From positions 590,098 through 654,097 of the forward strand of contig CP064975.1 of assembly GCA_016699425.1 (NCBI GenBank): a stretch of 64,000 nucleotides of DNA, in the 5' to 3' direction. A model generated the notes under the pieces. It ran no database searches and had not been told where the DNA came from. It worked only from the letters and a program-made list of their open reading frames with translations. The position numbers and the translations under genes are program-made. How positions within the stretch are numbered: position 1 is the stretch's first letter; each line of letters begins with the position of its first letter. This stretch comes from Candidatus Moraniibacteriota bacterium. Lineage in GTDB: Bacteria; Patescibacteriota; Minisyncoccia; Moranbacterales; UBA1568. This document shows positions 7,606 to 17,937 of the stretch, piece after piece.

Positions 7606-9138
7606 TTATCTCGTTCCTGCCTGGGACAACGGGTCATCTGTCGTCTTTCCCGATTGCTTTGGTGCGGGACGAGTCGGTGGAAAGATGACCGTCTCGCGTA
7701 TGCCCTTGTCCATGAGGACGGCAAAGAGCCGTTCACTCATGCCAAACCCAAACGCCGGTGGCATCCCGTACTCGAGCGCCTGGAGGAAATCCTCATCGAG
7801 CATCTGTGCCTCGGCATCCCCGGCCTCACGGAGCTTCATCTGCGCTTCGAAACGCGCGCGCTGGTCAATCGGGTCGTTCAATTCAGCGAAGCCGTTGCCG
7901 AGCTCACTGCGTCCCGCGATCGGCTGCATCCGGAGCGTTCTCTTTGAATTTTTCGGATCGAGTTTAGCCAAGGGCGACACCTCGACCGGATGACCGACCA
8001 GGATGCAGGGCTGGATCAATTTCTGTCGTACGGTTTTCTTGTAAATCGTATCGATGAGCCGACCCTTACCGGCTGCTGATTCATACTTGATGCCGAGCTC
8101 GTCTGCCTTGGCACGCAGCATCTCGACCGTCACTTCGCTCGAAAGATCAATACCGGTCTCAGTCTTGAAGGCTTCGAAGTAATCAATCCGCGGGAACGGC
8201 TTCGACCAATCGAGTGTCTCGCCCTCATGCGTTGTCGTGAGACTATCGCCCGCCACCGCCCGGACGATTTCACGGTACAGTTCCTCTACCATGGCACAGC
8301 CCGCCTCAAAATCAGTATAGGCGCTGTAGAACTCGATATGATCGAATTCCTGAAGATGTTCACGATCAATGCCCTCGTTCCGGAATACGCGACCGATTTC
8401 AAACACGCGTTCATAGCCGCCGACGAGGAGCCGCTTCAGTGGCAGTTCAAGCGAGATGCGCAGATAGAAATCCTGATCCAGTGCATGGTGATGCGTGACA
8501 AATGGCTCTGCCTCAGCCCCGCCTGGTACATGCTCCAAAACCGGTGTCTGTACCTCGAGAAAACCACGGGTCGCGAGAAAGGTGCGGACTGTCTGCCAAA
8601 ATGTGTTCTTCTTCACAAACAACTCTCGCGTCTCAGGATTCATCACCAGGTCAAGATAGCGTTGCCGGAGCAGCGCCTCTTCATCTTTCAGTCCGTAGAA
8701 CTCCGTCGGAAGCGGGAGGAGCGACTTCGACAACATCTGCCAACTTTCGACCCGGACGCTCTTCTCATTCTGTTTCGTCAGAAACACCGTACCAGTCATC
8801 GAAATGAAGTCACCCAGCTCGACCGTTTCTTTAAAAAGAGCAAACTTACTATTGTCTTGTGGTGCGTCAACTGGAGCAAGTAATTCCTGTGAAAAGAATC
8901 CTTGAATTTTTCCACTCCCATCTTCGATGTGACAGAACGCGATCTTGCCCATAGTCCGAAGCGAGCGCACCCGACCGACCACCGAGACCTGCGTGGCCGT
9001 GCCGTTCAGCTCATCAAAACGATCAAGGACCGCCTGGTTCGTATCTGTCCGACGGGCTTTTTCCGGATACGCCGAACCGAGCGCGGTGACGATCTTCGCG
9101 AGTTTTTCATGTTTTGCGGTGAGAATATCTTCGCGCAT
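7606..9138 (-). CDS. lysS: lysyl-tRNA synthetase, class II
   Basis: 510 aa with N-terminal OB anticodon-binding domain; class II motifs (FRNEGIDREHLQEFDHIEFY, motif 3 GFGMSERLFAVL). Confidence 0.9.
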   Translation of the reverse strand: MREDILTAKHEKLAKIVTALGSAYPEKARRTDTNQAVLDRFDELNGTATQVSVVGRVRSLRTMGKIAFCHIEDGSGKIQGFFSQELLAPVDAPQDNSKFALFKETVELGDFISMTGTVFLTKQNEKSVRVESWQMLSKSLLPLPTEFYGLKDEEALLRQRYLDLVMNPETRELFVKKNTFWQTVRTFLATRGFLEVQTPVLEHVPGGAEAEPFVTHHHALDQDFYLRISLELPLKRLLVGGYERVFEIGRVFRNEGIDREHLQEFDHIEFYSAYTDFEAGCAMVEELYREIVRAVAGDSLTTTHEGETLDWSKPFPRIDYFEAFKTETGIDLSSEVTVEMLRAKADELGIKYESAAGKGRLIDTIYKKTVRQKLIQPCILVGHPVEVSPLAKLDPKNSKRTLRMQPIAGRSELGNGFAELNDPIDQRARFEAQMKLREAGDAEAQMLDEDFLQALEYGMPPAFGFGMSERLFAVLMDKGIRETVIFPPTRPAPKQSGKTTDDPLSQAGTR

Positions 9139-9317
9139 ACCCGGTCAGTAGAATCTCGACATTTCTTCTGCGAAGAAACATCAATAAATGTATAAATAGA
9201 TCGTTAAGCCGGGGAAAGTTATTGTCTATTGTCCTCCGAACTCAAAGTGTAGCCTGGTCGAGATTTCACTGCCGGGCATATAGTCCACTCTATCGGTTTC
9301 TTTGACTCAAAGCAAGC

Positions 9318-9354
9318 CTGAACAAAAGGAAAACCCGCCCTTTCGGAGCGGGAG
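9318..9354 (-). terminator. rho-independent terminator after greA
   Basis: Minus-strand RNA forms cccgcucc-gaaa-gggcggg followed by UUUUCCUUUUGUU. Confidence 0.6.
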
Positions 9355-9370
9355 CAGTCATCCAAGAGAA

Positions 9371-9832
9371 TTATTTCACGGCGAGGATTTCGTACTTGAT
9401 ATTCCCGGCCGGGGCCATGACCGTGATGGTCTCGCCTTTCTCTTTGCCCATGAATTCGCGGCCAAGCGGCGACTCACTCGAAATCTTACCATGCTCCGGG
9501 TCGACTTCGTTCGCACCGACGATCTCAAAATCCATCTCCTTCCCATGGAGCTTCACCGAAAGCTTCGAACCAACCTGGACCTTCGATGATTTCTTGTGCG
9601 GGGCGGCCACGACGGATTCCTTCAAGAGCGCCTCAAGTTCCGCGATGCGCGTCTCGTTTTCATTCTGATGATGCTTGGCTTCGGTGTACTCGGCATTTTC
9701 CGACAAGTCACCCTGCTCCTTGGCCTCTTTGATCGAATGCGCGATCTCTTGCCGGACACGCGACTTGCGGTCCTCAAGTTCTGATTGCAATTTCTTCAAT
9801 CCTTCTTCCGTGAAAATTCTCGACATAGTCAT
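9371..9832 (-). CDS. greA: transcription elongation factor GreA
   Basis: N-terminal coiled coil plus C-terminal FKBP-like domain (…GKEKGETITVMAPAGNIKYEIL…). The start is placed at MTMSRIF rather than the 172-aa ORF start, so it is uncertain by a few codons. Confidence 0.85.
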   Translation of the reverse strand: MTMSRIFTEEGLKKLQSELEDRKSRVRQEIAHSIKEAKEQGDLSENAEYTEAKHHQNENETRIAELEALLKESVVAAPHKKSSKVQVGSKLSVKLHGKEMDFEIVGANEVDPEHGKISSESPLGREFMGKEKGETITVMAPAGNIKYEILAVK

Positions 9833-9922
9833 GAAATGAATATTTGTATCCTGCCACATGCACGATGCCACCCATGCTACTATACGCAACTCCCCCTGTC
9901 AACTGCCATGTTTGAGGCTCTA

Positions 9923-11776
9923 TCAAGGCCTTTTTTCACGGGAGAAATACCAATCATAAACGGCTTTCGTAATCGGCACCGCATGATAGGTACTGTCTTT
10001 CGACTGACCCTCGACGAGGACGATCATTACAAGCTCCGGATTCTCATATGGTGCAAAAGATACGAACCAGCCGTGTGTCTTGTCTCCCGTGCCGTACTGT
10101 GCTGTCCCCGTCTTGCCCGCCGCGGCCACGGAGAGCGTCTGAAGTGACTGTGCTGTCCCTTCGGTCACCGTCTCACGCATCCCTTCTCGGACGACCTGCA
10201 GGATATCAGGTGAGACTGATACGGGCTTCGAAGCCGTCGCTATTCCATCGCGAACATGTGGGACATAGAGCGTGCCACCATTGGCGATCGCGGCGATTGC
10301 ATTTACGATCTGGAGCGGCGTAGCCGTCACGAAACCCTGACCGATAGCCGCATGATAATCATCGCCGATATACCAACGCTCACCGATTTTCTCTTTTTTC
10401 CAGTCTGGATCTGGGAGGAAGCCATTCGCTTCGCCTGGCAAATCGATGCCCGAGACTGCCCCATAGCCGAACACCTGCTCATAGCGCTTCATCCGCTCCA
10501 TCCCGAGCCCACCGATACCACCATAGCCCCCACCGAGAGTATAAAAATACACATCACTCGAGACAGCGATCGCACGGCGGAGATCGGTAAATCCATGTAC
10601 CTTCCAATCACCGAAGAAAAAATTTCCCACGCTGATACCGCCCCGGCTTTCGATCCTCGTCTCGGGCGTGATGATATGTTCTGCGAGCGCGGCCGTTGCG
10701 ATGACTGGCTTGATGGTTGAACCCGGTGGATATTCACCCGCGATGGCCCGATTGAAAAGTGGCATCGCTGGATTCTCGATCAAGGCCGCATACTCATCGC
10801 TCTGAATGCCGCACGAAAAGAGGTTGTTGTCATAGCCCGGATAGGAAACGAGAGCTCGGATCGCGCCGGAGCGTGGGTCGATCGCGATCGCTGCTCCCAC
10901 CGACAGCCCGTTGGTCATGAACCAATCAGCCATGGTCGTGTAGAGTTTCTCCGTTAGCGCCTTGTCGATCGTGAGGGTGATGTCCTGACCCGGCTTCGGC
11001 GGAATGACGCCGAGCTCTTTCTTCACCCGGCCGAGCGAATCGACCTCCACCACTTCCCGCCCGTGAACACCGCGAAGCGTTGACTCATATGCCTTCTCAA
11101 CTCCCTGTTTCCCGATCGAGTCCGTGAAAAGGTATTCGGGATGCTCCGCGAGTTCTTCTTTTTTTATTTTCCCTTCGTACCCGAGAATGTGAGAAAAGAT
11201 CGTCCCATTCACATACTCACGCCGAGCTGATTTTTGAATGCCGATACCGGGCAGAGTATTCGCCTGGCTGTAATACCTGATCGCCTCTTCCTGTGTCAGG
11301 TCTTCCTTGATGAGTACCGCTTCATTCGGCCCAAACACCCGCGTCTCGACCGACAGACGCCACTCCGGTGACTCGAGAGGGAACAATTGTTCAGCTGCAT
11401 CCAAGACGCGCCGGCGCTCGGTAGGGTCTTCTGGTAGCACGGTGGGGATGATGATGCTATCGAGGCTCGGAGTATTCTTCACGAGCGGTTCACCGAAACG
11501 ATCTCTAATGATACCCCGTGGGGCCGCCAAGAGGATGGAACGCAAACTATTGTCCCGCGCCAATTGTTCATAATATGCACCCTTCCAGATATTCATGTAA
11601 GCGAAACGCCCGCCAAGCAAGAGGAGTGCGAACATAACCGCGATAAAATATATCCCTACTGGGCGACGATCGAGCGTCCACTCAATACGCGCTGCTTCCT
11701 GCTTGGTCAGTGTCAACACCGCGTCGTCGATTTCGCTCAGGGACGGAGGCTGTTGGCGTTGTGATCTGAATAGCAT
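9923..11776 (-). CDS. mrdA: peptidoglycan D,D-transpeptidase PBP2
   Basis: N-terminal TM anchor; SxxK (STIKP), SxN (SSD) and KTG (KTGTA) motifs; lies downstream of mreBCD. Confidence 0.9.
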   Translation of the reverse strand: MLFRSQRQQPPSLSEIDDAVLTLTKQEAARIEWTLDRRPVGIYFIAVMFALLLLGGRFAYMNIWKGAYYEQLARDNSLRSILLAAPRGIIRDRFGEPLVKNTPSLDSIIIPTVLPEDPTERRRVLDAAEQLFPLESPEWRLSVETRVFGPNEAVLIKEDLTQEEAIRYYSQANTLPGIGIQKSARREYVNGTIFSHILGYEGKIKKEELAEHPEYLFTDSIGKQGVEKAYESTLRGVHGREVVEVDSLGRVKKELGVIPPKPGQDITLTIDKALTEKLYTTMADWFMTNGLSVGAAIAIDPRSGAIRALVSYPGYDNNLFSCGIQSDEYAALIENPAMPLFNRAIAGEYPPGSTIKPVIATAALAEHIITPETRIESRGGISVGNFFFGDWKVHGFTDLRRAIAVSSDVYFYTLGGGYGGIGGLGMERMKRYEQVFGYGAVSGIDLPGEANGFLPDPDWKKEKIGERWYIGDDYHAAIGQGFVTATPLQIVNAIAAIANGGTLYVPHVRDGIATASKPVSVSPDILQVVREGMRETVTEGTAQSLQTLSVAAAGKTGTAQYGTGDKTHGWFVSFAPYENPELVMIVLVEGQSKDSTYHAVPITKAVYDWYFSREKRP

Positions 11777-11779
11777 AGG

Positions 11780-12283
11780 CTAAGAACGTACCCCTCGGAA
11801 CTCAGACATGAGGCTTGTTTCGATCTGTTCCTCATGCCAGCGGAAGACACCGAAGATGATCGGAAAAACTGCGAGGGCCACCAGCGCATTCCCGAGAACA
11901 AGCCAGGGCGAGAGGCCGGTTCCCTGGAGGAATGTGAGGGAGAGCATATAGATACTAGCGGAAAACGCCGCGACCAGCGAGAGGGCGAAGACATTTTGGA
12001 CCCGATGTTCGATCCGGAGACGACGCGACAGAAAGCTGGCGCCATACGCGATGCCGACCGCAAAGACCGGGAAGACACTGACTTCACCGATAAGGAGAGA
12101 CAGCCACGCCACGAGGAGTACCCAGCCGATACTCCGTTTGAAGCCCAGGAGAAATACGTAAGAAATGATAACCGCGATGAGAATACTCGGCGTCTCGAGA
12201 TTCGGCCAGAGGATATCGAGGAATGAGTGTTGGAGAACGACCGCCAACAGGAGCATGAAAAAACGTTGAAAGAAGAAGCTCAT
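11780..12283 (-). CDS. mreD: rod shape-determining protein MreD
   Basis: 167-aa polytopic membrane protein; placed between mreC and mrdA. Confidence 0.7.
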   Translation of the reverse strand: MSFFFQRFFMLLLAVVLQHSFLDILWPNLETPSILIAVIISYVFLLGFKRSIGWVLLVAWLSLLIGEVSVFPVFAVGIAYGASFLSRRLRIEHRVQNVFALSLVAAFSASIYMLSLTFLQGTGLSPWLVLGNALVALAVFPIIFGVFRWHEEQIETSLMSEFRGVRS

Positions 12284-13101
12284 GATGCTGGCACAATGAC
12301 GATAGTCACGAAACGGATATCACTCTCGGCGGCTGGGGTCACGACGACGGCCTGCTGGAAAAGCCGATCAGCGGATGGCCGCACCGCACCGATCTCACCA
12401 ATGGAAAGTTCTTTTGGCAATTCATCATCCAATCCCGATGTCACAAGCCGAGCACCTGGTTCCAATTTTTCCCCAGAAAGTGCCATATCAAAGATAAGCC
12501 CGAGGCCATGATCGCCCCGGATCACCCCTTGAATCGATGTCCCTGCAATTCGGGCCGCGATCGTGCTCTCGGGATGAGAGAGCAGAAACACCGTACAGCT
12601 CGTCAAGTGGACTGCCGCAACGCGTCCAACGAGCTGACCGGTACCGACAATCACTGGTAGCCCGCTCCGGACTCCATCCAGACTGCCCCGATTGAGTGTA
12701 AGTGAAAAAGAAGTCCCGGATGTATCGCGGCTGATGACTTCAGCCGAGAGTGATTGCCCCGCTTCGGTCTTAGGCAACTGAAAGGCTTCGCGTAGCCGCC
12801 GATTCTCTTCTCTCACTTCGGACAAGAGTGTCGCCTCATGGACGAGTACCTGATTCTCACGGGCCAGGCGTTCGTTTTCTTGTTTCAGGCCGCTGACCGA
12901 AGAAAAAAATTGGAAAAAATTACTCGTCTCGAATGCAACCCATGAAAAAAATCCCTGAAAGGGTGCCACGACTGGAGCGAGCACGGCTTGGGCGGGGGCA
13001 AAGAATCCAGACGGCAGAAATGTCACACACCCCCAAACGAGCCCTGCCGCAATGAGCGCCCGAATACTATTCCTCTGGAGAAATGTGTGTTGGGTATTCA
13101 T
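12280..13101 (-). CDS. mreC: rod shape-determining protein MreC
   Basis: N-terminal TM helix, coiled coil and beta-rich periplasmic domain; 4-nt overlap with mreD. Confidence 0.75.
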   Translation of the reverse strand: MNTQHTFLQRNSIRALIAAGLVWGCVTFLPSGFFAPAQAVLAPVVAPFQGFFSWVAFETSNFFQFFSSVSGLKQENERLARENQVLVHEATLLSEVREENRRLREAFQLPKTEAGQSLSAEVISRDTSGTSFSLTLNRGSLDGVRSGLPVIVGTGQLVGRVAAVHLTSCTVFLLSHPESTIAARIAGTSIQGVIRGDHGLGLIFDMALSGEKLEPGARLVTSGLDDELPKELSIGEIGAVRPSADRLFQQAVVVTPAAESDIRFVTIVIVPAS

Positions 13102-13107
13102 GGCACA

Positions 13108-14223
13108 CTAGCCTAGCGGTCGATTTTGTTCGTCTTCAATGAGCACCTCTTTGAGTGTATCCATATCATCGAGGACGATCCCTGTCCCGCGAACCACAGC
13201 CGTCAGCGGATCTTCTACTCGATTCACGGGCATCCCTGTCTGGCTCGCGAGGAGCCGGTCCAGTCCGCGGATGAGACTGCCGCCACCCGAGATCGAAATG
13301 CCGCGCTGCATAATATCAGAAATGAGTTCGGGCGGTGTCTCCTCGATAAGCGTCTTGATATTGTTCACGATGATGCGAATCGAACGCGACAGTGCTTCAC
13401 GCACATGTTCATCAGTGATGACCACTTCTTTCGGTAAACCCGAGACCAGGTCCCGGCCACGGATCGAGTACTGCAGGCGTTCTTTCAGTGGAAAAGCACT
13501 CCCGATCGCGATCTTTACGTCCTCAGCCGTCCGCTCCCCGACGAGCAGATTGAACTCATCACGACAAAAACGGATGATATCCTCATTCATCTCATCACCC
13601 GCGATCCGCAGACTGCGCGAGATGACCACCCCCCCGAGCGAAATGACAGCCACTTCGGTCGTCCCACCACCGATGTCGACGACCATATTGCCAGCGGCAT
13701 CGATAACCGGAAGTCGTCCGCCGATCGCCGCTGCCATCGGTTCGTCGATAAGGAAGGCTTGTCGAGCACCCGCGTTCATCGCAGCCTCGATGACCGCGCG
13801 CTTCTCGACCTCGGTCACACCCGACGGGATACCGATCAAGACTCGCGGGCGACGCAGGAACTTGAAGCTCCCCTCAGTCACCTTGCCGATGAAGAAGCGG
13901 AGCATCTGCTGGGTGATCTCGAAATCAGACACAACGCCATCCACCAAGGGCCGCGTCGCGACGATGTGCCCCGGAGTCTTACCGACCATTTTCTTGGCCT
14001 CACGACCGATAGCGAGGATCTGCCCCGTGCGCTGATTGACCGCTACGACGGACGGCTCATTGATGACGATGCCCCGGCCTCGCACGTAGACGAGCGTGTT
14101 GGCTGTGCCGAGATCGATGCCGATATCCTGAGTAAAATTACCGAAAAACCGCTCAGTGAGACGCTTCCAGAAGGTGTTCCAGGAGAAAGGCATAACAAAA
14201 GAATGGCTAAAGGATTCCCTCAT
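13108..14223 (-). CDS. mreB: rod shape-determining protein MreB (actin homolog)
   Basis: DIGIDLGTANTLVY phosphate-1 motif and DIGGGTTEVAVIS phosphate-2. The ORF stays open upstream to 14508 (466 aa); start chosen at MRESFSHSFVMPFSW. Confidence 0.85.
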   Translation of the reverse strand: MRESFSHSFVMPFSWNTFWKRLTERFFGNFTQDIGIDLGTANTLVYVRGRGIVINEPSVVAVNQRTGQILAIGREAKKMVGKTPGHIVATRPLVDGVVSDFEITQQMLRFFIGKVTEGSFKFLRRPRVLIGIPSGVTEVEKRAVIEAAMNAGARQAFLIDEPMAAAIGGRLPVIDAAGNMVVDIGGGTTEVAVISLGGVVISRSLRIAGDEMNEDIIRFCRDEFNLLVGERTAEDVKIAIGSAFPLKERLQYSIRGRDLVSGLPKEVVITDEHVREALSRSIRIIVNNIKTLIEETPPELISDIMQRGISISGGGSLIRGLDRLLASQTGMPVNRVEDPLTAVVRGTGIVLDDMDTLKEVLIEDEQNRPLG

Positions 14224-14276
14224 TATAGCGGAAAATAGTCGCTCCTTCAAGGAAAGCTGTCCGTAACCATTCGTAG

Positions 14277-15431
14277 CTAGAGTCCGACGAGCAGCTCCAG
14301 AAAGGTCCGTCCCACGCGTCCCCAGGTGAAGTCTGAACGTCGGGCAAGAGCTCGTTCGCGGAGTTTCATCTGATACGATTTGTCGCCGAGAATGCCCCGG
14401 AAGGCCTGGAGAATCTCGTCGGGACGATAGGGATCGATGAGTACGCCGGCCTCCCCGACGACCTCCGGCAGAGAAGCCGAATGCGAAGGAATCACTGGCA
14501 CGCCACAAGCAAGTGCTTCGAGTGGAGGAAACCCGAACCCTTCATAGAAGGACGGGTAGACGAACACGCTAGCGAGATTGTAGAGGGCGGGCTTGTCTCT
14601 ATCCTCGACAAATCCAATCAGCCGGATCTTGTCCCGGACCGGTGACTGGTCGATCGCCTGAAAGAGCTCTTCGTATTTCCAGCCGGGCCGGCCTGCGAGA
14701 ACAAGTTCGTAGCGCGACATCTCCTCGCCGACCGCCTCCCGCTGAAATGCCTCGAAGGCCGACAGGAGCGCGCCGAGATTTTTCCGCGGTTCGATGGTGC
14801 CGAGATAGAGGATAAATTTGTAGGGCAATTGGTACTTCTCTTGGACCGCGAGGAGTGACACATCATTGCGATCCGCGGGTGCGAAACGCGCATCGATGCC
14901 GCTCAGGATGACATGGATCTTCGAAGCAGCAATCCCATAGCGAGTCACGAGGTCGTCCTTGGTTGATGCAGAAACTGCGATGACCGCATCCGCTCGACGA
15001 AGCAGCGATCGGAAATTGACCGCAAAGTGCCAGAGCCGCTGTCTCCACGCAAACATCTCAGGGAAAAATTCAAACGACAAATCATGCGCCGTGACGATGA
15101 GCTTTACCTCCCGCGAGAGGGCCGCGAAATTCAGATTGGGCATGAAGAACACATCCACGCCGCCGATAAGCCGATCGAGTCTCGGACGCTTCAGATACCA
15201 GAGGCACAGATTGAGGAGCTTATTCGGAATCCGAAAACGTTTGATCGTGACATGAGGGAAACGCTGCGCCCAGGAGAGGTCCGGTTCACCCCTCCCCCAC
15301 GCATTGAAAAAGAGCACGTAGGTATGCTCTGACCCGATCCGAAAGAGCTCTTGCAAGAGCCCGATTGTATATTCTTCCACGCCGGTTCGCCGCCCCGCGG
15401 CGAGCGAACGGATGTCGATGCCGATGCGCAT
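14277..15431 (-). CDS. glycosyltransferase family 1 (GT4)
   Basis: C-terminal EX7E motif ([23 protein letters not shown]). Confidence 0.8.
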   Translation of the reverse strand: MRIGIDIRSLAAGRRTGVEEYTIGLLQELFRIGSEHTYVLFFNAWGRGEPDLSWAQRFPHVTIKRFRIPNKLLNLCLWYLKRPRLDRLIGGVDVFFMPNLNFAALSREVKLIVTAHDLSFEFFPEMFAWRQRLWHFAVNFRSLLRRADAVIAVSASTKDDLVTRYGIAASKIHVILSGIDARFAPADRNDVSLLAVQEKYQLPYKFILYLGTIEPRKNLGALLSAFEAFQREAVGEEMSRYELVLAGRPGWKYEELFQAIDQSPVRDKIRLIGFVEDRDKPALYNLASVFVYPSFYEGFGFPPLEALACGVPVIPSHSASLPEVVGEAGVLIDPYRPDEILQAFRGILGDKSYQMKLRERALARRSDFTWGRVGRTFLELLVGL

Positions 15432-15491
15432 GCGTCGTTCCGTTAATCCATCTTCACCGTCACACAGTATCCCGTTTCTCCCTAATACCGG

Positions 15492-16118
15492 TTACCTACC
15501 ACGCGGCTGCCCTCGCCAGTACCACAAGCCAAGCACCGTCCAGAACGCGACGCCGAGTCCTGCTGCCCCACCAATACCGAGCGCTATCGGCAAGGTGAAA
15601 CGTCCATCCCGCAAGAGAGCTTCGGTCGCGACGAGCGTAAACCAATTCCGATCCCCTGCCTGTTCATTCAGACCAGCGATGTACCGCTCCCCCGCCTCGG
15701 ACAACGCCCCCGCGATCCGTTCGGCTTCGGTCGGCGTCTTCGCCCGATACGTCACCTCTACCAAGTTCGAAGCGAGCACGAGGGCCGTGACTTGGCCTTT
15801 GATAAATTCGGCCTCCCGAGCCCCGGACAAGAGCGCGCGACGAGCGGTATCACGGCGACCGATCGCTGTCTCGAGGTAACGCGCTACGGTATTGGCCATC
15901 CGCTCATCGGCTTGGAGACGGTAGTATTGGTCATACTGATAGTCTGTGGCCGCCTCGGTCCCCTGTCGTGTCACGGAGAGGAGCACGGTGCCCTGGTACC
16001 ACTGGGTTTGGAGCCGATACGTGAGAAAGCCGACGAGGAGCGAAACCACGACCACCCCGAAAATGAGATTACCCCGGCGGATGAACAGTTCGAGAAAGGC
16101 GCGCAGTTCCATAGTCAT
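15492..16118 (-). CDS. Wzz-like polysaccharide chain-length determinant domain protein
   Basis: N- and C-terminal TM helices flanking a helical domain (…YQYDQYYRLQADERMANTVARYLET…), located inside the GT cluster. Confidence 0.5.
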   Translation of the reverse strand: MTMELRAFLELFIRRGNLIFGVVVVSLLVGFLTYRLQTQWYQGTVLLSVTRQGTEAATDYQYDQYYRLQADERMANTVARYLETAIGRRDTARRALLSGAREAEFIKGQVTALVLASNLVEVTYRAKTPTEAERIAGALSEAGERYIAGLNEQAGDRNWFTLVATEALLRDGRFTLPIALGIGGAAGLGVAFWTVLGLWYWRGQPRGR

Positions 16119-16121
16119 GTC

Positions 16122-17267
16122 TCATGAGTATATCGTCGGCCCCGGTCCAAGACCAGCGCCCCGCCTGGCGAGATGCCCTTGGACGAGTGCCTCCACCGAG
16201 TCCCGTATTGTAGCCTGAAAGAGCGCCTTGTCAAACCGTTCGGCCTTGGCGCGGATGTACGCCCCGTCATAGTGCTGCCCCTGAAACCGCTCGACCGCCG
16301 CCACGAGTGAATCAGCCGACTGAACATCAAAAAACTCTCCCATCGTGCCCGCTTCGAGATGCTCGACGATGTCACCACCACGGTAGGCGATCACCGGCCG
16401 GCCAGACGCAAAGGCTTCCTCCGCGACGATACCAAAGTCCTCCTCCTGCGGGAAAACGAATGCGCGGCACTCGGCATAGTACTTCGGGAGTTCACTGTCT
16501 GGTACGCGCCCGAGGAACTCAATCGTCGGACCAGCGAGTCGCTTCAGTCGCTCAAACTCTGGGCCACGGCCGATGATCTTGAGCGGCAGCTTCAGTCGAT
16601 TGAAGGCCTCAATCGCGATATCGTGCCGCTTGTAGGCGATGAGCCGCCCCACCATGAGGAAATACTCCCGCTGTTCGCTCTCCGGTGCCACTTGGAAGCG
16701 CGCGACATCGACGGGCGGATGGATGACGACCGACTCCTTGCGATAGTACTTGGCGATACGAGCGCGGACAAATTCGGAATTCGCGATGAAGGAGTCGACC
16801 CGGTCCGCCGAGGCCTTGTCCCACAGTCGGATTGGATTCATGAAAAACGGCACGAGTTGCCGGATGAAACGCGGGAAGCCAAAATCCTGCGTATATTTCT
16901 GGCAATCATCCCAGGCATAGCGCATCGGCGTATGGACATAGGAGATATGGAGTGTCTCGGGCCGCGTGATGATGCCTTTGGCATAGCTCGATGAATCCGA
17001 CAAGACGACATCATACTGAGAGAAATCAAAGCTCTCAATCGCGACCGGCATGAGCGGGGGAAAAAGTCGGTGGTGTTTGCGCGCAAACCGCGAACGCTGG
17101 AGGAAGGAGGTATAAATCCGCTTGTCGGCGAACTTACCATGCATGGCCTCGGGGTCATGAAGGAGCGTATAGATCGGCGCATACGGCCAGATCTCGGTGA
17201 ACGCCTCGAGCACACGCTCGGCGCCACCGTACTGCACCAGATAGTCATGGACGAGTGCGATTTTCAT
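16122..17267 (-). CDS. glycosyltransferase family 1 (GT4)
   Basis: MKIALVHDYLVQYGGAERV N-terminus and GT-B C-terminal domain (…FPQEEDFGIVAEEAFASGRPVIAY…). Confidence 0.8.
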   Translation of the reverse strand: MKIALVHDYLVQYGGAERVLEAFTEIWPYAPIYTLLHDPEAMHGKFADKRIYTSFLQRSRFARKHHRLFPPLMPVAIESFDFSQYDVVLSDSSSYAKGIITRPETLHISYVHTPMRYAWDDCQKYTQDFGFPRFIRQLVPFFMNPIRLWDKASADRVDSFIANSEFVRARIAKYYRKESVVIHPPVDVARFQVAPESEQREYFLMVGRLIAYKRHDIAIEAFNRLKLPLKIIGRGPEFERLKRLAGPTIEFLGRVPDSELPKYYAECRAFVFPQEEDFGIVAEEAFASGRPVIAYRGGDIVEHLEAGTMGEFFDVQSADSLVAAVERFQGQHYDGAYIRAKAERFDKALFQATIRDSVEALVQGHLARRGAGLGPGPTIYS

Positions 17268-17437
17268 ATCAGGTATTTCCTACAATCAGGGTACGTATGC
17301 TTATAATACTACCCTATTTCCGGCATCACCCGCGAGGCTCGACAGAAACAGTATTTTGTGCAATAATCGCAATCCCTCGTCTCGAGACGATACTGCCGGA
17401 ATTGGTCCGACGGTATCCACCTCGAAAGGAGAACGCT

Positions 17438-17860
17438 ATGCCGCAAGTTGTCATTCGGTTCAATGAGCAGTTGCCACATGCCCCGATGGATCATCCGAGG
17501 TGGGAAGATCTTGAAAGACAGATCGCGGTGATTGTCGCAACTGCCCTCAATGTCGAAGGGTCAGCGTCATTCAAACTCCATCCCGATGATGTTGAAGTCT
17601 TCATCGAGCCTATCTTGGAGCGGCGGAGCTATTTGGATCGCAACGCAGCACCCATCACGATCCTCGTGACCGCAAACAAGTGCCCTGAACGTGTGGCTAA
17701 CTTGACTGAACGAAACGACCAAATTATCGATGGGGTTCTCGAATACTCGTGGGCTCTGGCAGAGGTTCTACTGCAACCAGATATGCCTCCCACGGGAAAA
17801 TCAAGGAAATTACTCGGTGTCTGGACCCAGCTCGTCGACGGCGCCTACGCCACCCGGTAA
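17438..17860 (+). CDS. hypothetical protein (140 aa)
   Basis: Strong RBS (gaaaggagaacgctATG). The 201-aa track ORF (17255) has an implausible N-terminal extension. Confidence 0.5.
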   Translation: MPQVVIRFNEQLPHAPMDHPRWEDLERQIAVIVATALNVEGSASFKLHPDDVEVFIEPILERRSYLDRNAAPITILVTANKCPERVANLTERNDQIIDGVLEYSWALAEVLLQPDMPPTGKSRKLLGVWTQLVDGAYATR

Positions 17861-17937
17861 CATGTACATCTCTGCTCAACTGAGCACTCGCCGCCCCTGA
17901 TTCAGTTCACGGGCGGCCCATTTTTTTATTATGCTCG

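Noticed and set aside
9139-9370. T-box leader upstream of lysS (and of serS at 6289-6408)
   Set aside because: No specifier-loop or T-box (AGGGTGGNACCGCG) sequence. Only a short TTTCTTC/GAAGAAA hairpin near the lysS start and a greA terminator.
13139-14035. 298-aa forward ORF and other long ORFs antisense to mreB, lysS, the Clp ATPase and the methyltransferase/epimerase (8227-8883, 22645-23745, 42566-43588, 43601-44251)
   Set aside because: GC-rich antisense frames of well-supported genes; Arg/Ser/Pro-rich low-complexity translations typical of spurious ORFs.
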